Shown here one piece after another: positions 59,801 through 64,000 of a DNA stretch of 64,000 bases (position 1 is the stretch's first letter; each line of letters opens with the position of its first letter). The notes beneath the pieces were generated by a model, which saw only the letters and a program-made list of their open reading frames with translations, had not been told where the DNA came from and did no database searches. The stretch is from Paraphysomonas bandaiensis (Eukaryota > Protista > Chrysophyceae): contig CBFFRP010000153.1 of assembly GCA_965644295.1 (NCBI GenBank), forward strand, positions 103,892-167,891, given 5' to 3'. A program made the translations under genes and the position numbers.

Positions 59801-62800
59801 TTGTATATTATGCATATTGTTGTGTACATCTGCTCACGTCGTAATTTTCTTTCAGAGACTTAAAGCCTGATAACATTTTGCTGACCCGAACTGGACTTGT
59901 AAAAATAACCGATTTTGGAGTTTCCAATGATTTTTCGAATGCGGAAACTGAGTCACGACGACAGGGATTTGTTGCGGATACAGCTGGCACCTGGCCGTTT
60001 TGGTCACCGGAAATGTGTGATGACGATGAGGAGGAGGATACTAAATATTCTGCCTACGCTAGTGATGTGTGGGCAGCCGGTGTGGTGTTGTATATCATGT
60101 TGTATGGGGAGCTTCCCTATTGGGACAGTGACTGCGATGTGCTATTTGCGAAGATACTTGAGCGTAGGAGTCAGGGCAGTTTGAACTACCCGTCGACAAA
60201 GAGCTCGGAGTATGTTGAACTTTTGGAGTCTATGTTGACAGCAGACCCATTGGCAAGGCCATCATTTACTGACTGTGAGTCATATGAGTGGATTCAGAAG
60301 TATTCCAACTCTGCAACAGAGGATAAGTTGAAGTCAGCTAGTGCGGCTTTGGTAGATCGAAAGAATTTTGACGTAGGGTCTGTATTTACCCCAGGGTCAG
60401 CATTTTTTTTGACGGCTAACATTGCGAAATCGGTTGAAAAATGGACCAAGAATATTACGGAAGTTGTGGTTGATTCTAACACGAGTGAGCACGGTACGGA
60501 TTGCACAGATGAGACATCGGAGGATCAGTCAGTTCCACCAGATCTTGGAGGTCATCAATGGCGATCGAAGTTCCTGAATAAACCGACTTGGTGCAAAATG
60601 TGTTCATCATTTATATGGGGTGTAACAAAGCAACAGCAGTGTGCATTTAAGTGCAGCAGATGTAAAATCACTGCCCATCGGAATTGTTGTTTGGCTTATA
60701 ATGAACTTGAGTGTACCGGTGAAGTGGACGAATCAGTGACAAGATGGTCTTTAATAAGGGGAAGTAGCAAGCATATTGGATTTGCTGATGTTGTGTCGGA
60801 AGCGTCAACAACGGGGAAGGAATCGTTAAAGTCACAGCGAACTGAAAGTGGAAGGGTAAGGTGCATGATTTTATACAAACATTGGATAAGTGTTGTGTAT
60901 CAGTTGGCCATGATAAATCAGTATGAAGTTGTTTCTGAATTGGGGCGAGGCGCATTTGGTAAAGTGTATCTAGTGAAAGACTCCACAGTGAAGCGTGGAA
61001 ATCATTTTGCTATGAAATCGTTCCCGGGTAGTAAGATGAAAAATAAGCCTAGTTTAAGCAGAGGTAAAGCCACTTCATCATCTGATGCTAATGCGATTCA
61101 GTTTGAAATTGCCATCATGAAGCGACTGAGCCATCCTAATTTGGTCCGTCTTCATGAGGTAAGAACTTGATAGTTGTAAAATATAAAATGATAGTGATTC
61201 GACTATGTAGGCAATCGAAGAAGACTCTTATCCACATGGCATATATATGATACTGGAGTACGCAGACGGAGGTTCTTTAATGAAGTCTGTGGATAACCCA
61301 GATCCCTCTTTGTCACCTTTATTTATCGCCCCGCGGACCGGTCGGCCATATGAGGAGAGGGAGGCTAGCGTACTGTTTCGACAGATATTGAGTGCAATGG
61401 CTTATCTGCATACGAATAAAATCGCCCATAGGTTAGTTATATCTTATTGTATATTATGCATATTGTTGTGTACATCTGCTCACGTCGTAATTTTCTTTCA
61501 GAGACTTAAAGCCTGATAACATTTTGCTGACCCGAACTGGACTTGTAAAAATAACCGATTTTGGAGTTTCCAATGATTTTTCGAATGCGGAAACTGAGTC
61601 ACGACGACAGGGATTTGTTGCGGATACAGCTGGCACCTGGCCGTTTTGGTCACCGGAAATGTGTGATGACGATGAGGAGGAGGATACTAAATATTCTGCC
61701 TACGCTAGTGATGTGTGGGCAGCCGGTGTGGTGTTGTATATCATGTTGTATGGGGAGCTTCCCTATTGGGACAGTGACTGCGATGTGCTATTTGCGAAGA
61801 TACTTGAGCGTAGGAGTCAGGGCAGTTTGAACTACCCGTCGACAAAGAGCTCGGAGTATGTTGAACTTTTGGAGTCTATGTTGACAGCAGACCCATTGGC
61901 AAGGCCATCATTTACTGACTGTGAGTCATATGAGTGGATTCAGAAGTATTCCAACTCTGCAACAGAGGATAAGTTGAAGTCAGCTAGTGCGGCTTTGGTA
62001 GATCGAAAGAATTTTGACGTAGGGTCTGTATTTACCCCAGGGTCAGCATTTTTTTTGACGGCTAACATTGCGAAATCGGTTGAAAAATGGACCAAGAATA
62101 TTACGGAAGTTGTGGTTGATTCTAACACGAGTGAGCACGGTACGGATTGCACAGATGAGACATCGGAGGATCAGTCAGTTCCACCAGATCTTGGAGGTCA
62201 TCAATGGCGATCGAAGTTCCTGAATAAACCGACTTGGTGCAAAATGTGTTCATCATTTATATGGGGTGTAACAAAGCAACAGCAGTGTGCATTTAAGTGC
62301 AGCAGATGTAAAATCACTGCCCATCGGAATTGTTGTTTGGCTTATAATGAACTTGAGTGTACCGGTGAAGTGGACGAATCAGTGACAAGATGGTCTTTAA
62401 TAAGGGGAAGTAGCAAGCATATTGGATTTGCTGATGTTGTGTCGGAAGCGTCAACAACGGGGAAGGAATCGTTAAAGTCACAGCGAACTGAAAGTGGAAG
62501 GGTAAGGTGCATGATTTTATACAAACATTGGATAAGTGTTGTGTATCAGTTGGCCATGATAAATCAGTATGAAGTTGTTTCTGAATTGGGGCGAGGCGCA
62601 TTTGGTAAAGTGTATCTAGTGAAAGACTCCACAGTGAAGCGTGGAAATCATTTTGCTATGAAATCGTTCCCGGGTAGTAAGATGAAAAATAAGCCTAGTT
62701 TAAGCAGAGGTAAAGCCACTTCATCATCTGATGCTAATGCGATTCAGTTTGAAATTGCCATCATGAAGCGACTGAGCCATCCTAATTTGGTCCGTCTTCA

Positions 62801-64000
62801 TGAGGTAAGAACTTGATAGTTGTAAAATATAAAATGATAGTGATTCGACTATGTAGGCAATCGAAGAAGACTCTTATCCACATGGCATATATATGATACT
62901 GGAGTACGCAGACGGAGGTTCTTTAATGAAGTCTGTGGATAACCCAGATCCCTCTTTGTCACCTTTATTTATCGCCCCGCGGACCGGTCGGCCATATGAG
63001 GAGAGGGAGGCTAGCGTACTGTTTCGACAGATATTGAGTGCAATGGCTTATCTGCATACGAATAAAATCGCCCATAGGTTAGTTATATCTTATTGTATAT
63101 TATGCATATTGTTGTGTACATCTGCTCACGTCGTAATTTTCTTTCAGAGACTTAAAGCCTGATAACATTTTGCTGACCCGAACTGGACTTGTAAAAATAA
63201 CCGATTTTGGAGTTTCCAATGATTTTTCGAATGCGGAAACTGAGTCACGACGACAGGGATTTGTTGCGGATACAGCTGGCACCTGGCCGTTTTGGTCACC
63301 GGAAATGTGTGATGACGATGAGGAGGAGGATACTAAATATTCTGCCTACGCTAGTGATGTGTGGGCAGCCGGTGTGGTGTTGTATATCATGTTGTATGGG
63401 GAGCTTCCCTATTGGGACAGTGACTGCGATGTGCTATTTGCGAAGATACTTGAGCGTAGGAGTCAGGGCAGTTTGAACTACCCGTCGACAAAGAGCTCGG
63501 AGTATGTTGAACTTTTGGAGTCTATGTTGACAGCAGACCCATTGGCAAGGCCATCATTTACTGACTGTGAGTCATATGAGTGGATTCAGAAGTATTCCAA
63601 CTCTGCAACAGAGGATAAGTTGAAGTCAGCTAGTGCGGCTTTGGTAGATCGAAAGAATTTTGACGTAGGGTCTGTATTTACCCCAGGGTCAGCATTTTTT
63701 TTGACGGCTAACATTGCGAAATCGGTTGAAAAATGGACCAAGAATATTACGGAAGTTGTGGTTGATTCTAACACGAGTGAGCACGGTACGGATTGCACAG
63801 ATGAGACATCGGAGGATCAGTCAGTTCCACCAGATCTTGGAGGTCATCAATGGCGATCGAAGTTCCTGAATAAACCGACTTGGTGCAAAATGTGTTCATC
63901 ATTTATATGGGGTGTAACAAAGCAACAGCAGTGTGCATTTAAGTGCAGCAGATGTAAAATCACTGCCCATCGGAATTGTTGTTTGGCTTATAATGAACTT
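53900..64000 (+). CDS. C1-domain/CAMKK-like Ser/Thr kinase gene with tandemly reiterated kinase-C1 modules (runs past the window end)
   Basis: N-terminal C1, then INQYEVVSELGRGAFGKV, EIAIMKRLSHPN, HR|DLKPDN (spliced), DFGVS, TAGTWPFWSPE, DVWAAGV, then C1 HQWR..PTWCKMC..WG..CSRC..HRNC. First-unit introns: 54272-54319, 54575-54626, 54848-54917. Confidence 0.88.
54254..64000 (+). repeat. 1646-bp tandem direct repeat, ~5.9 apparently identical copies
   Basis: Identical ORF translations recur at exact 1646-bp offsets (54940, 56586, 58232, 59878, 61524). Unit boundary cgaactgaaagtgg at 54254, 55900 and so on. Confidence 0.98.

Noticed and set aside
54940-62816. Five separate 430-aa kinase genes, or circularly permuted kinases
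   Set aside because: The ORFs start mid-kinase at non-ATG codons and end inside an intron; splicing joins them into one frame.

Overview
Eukaryotic genomic window with short 48-70 nt GT-AG introns; a stramenopile/ochrophyte-like host is my inference, not something the sequence proves. Host genes: TRAF-zinc-finger/LamG protein (-), Gal-3-O-sulfotransferase-like gene (-), Spinster-type MFS transporter (+), a soluble adenylyl cyclase (ADCY10)-like STAND cyclase (-) head-to-head with a 3xCNB PKG-architecture kinase (+), and a PLAC8 gene (-). From 53.9 kb to the window end is a C1/CAMKK-like kinase gene whose interior is an apparently identical 1646-bp tandem array (5.9 copies). After removing 3 introns each unit is 1476 nt (492 codons, no stop), so the array predicts one polyprotein with at least 6 kinase and 7 C1 domains. 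About half the window is transposable elements: three Ty3/Gypsy chromovirus-like elements with 4-bp TSDs, a decayed Copia hosting a nested Gypsy that itself hosts a pogo-like element, a decayed hAT carrying a LINE RT fragment, a cluster of Copia fragments, and three copies of an unclassified inverted-repeat element with LINE-like ORF remnants. Most notable: the in-frame kinase array, the cyclase/kinase divergent pair with cAMP-type binding cassettes, a young Gypsy with IFDN in place of YxDD, and palindromic tRNA-less primer-binding sites. All alignments were done by eye.
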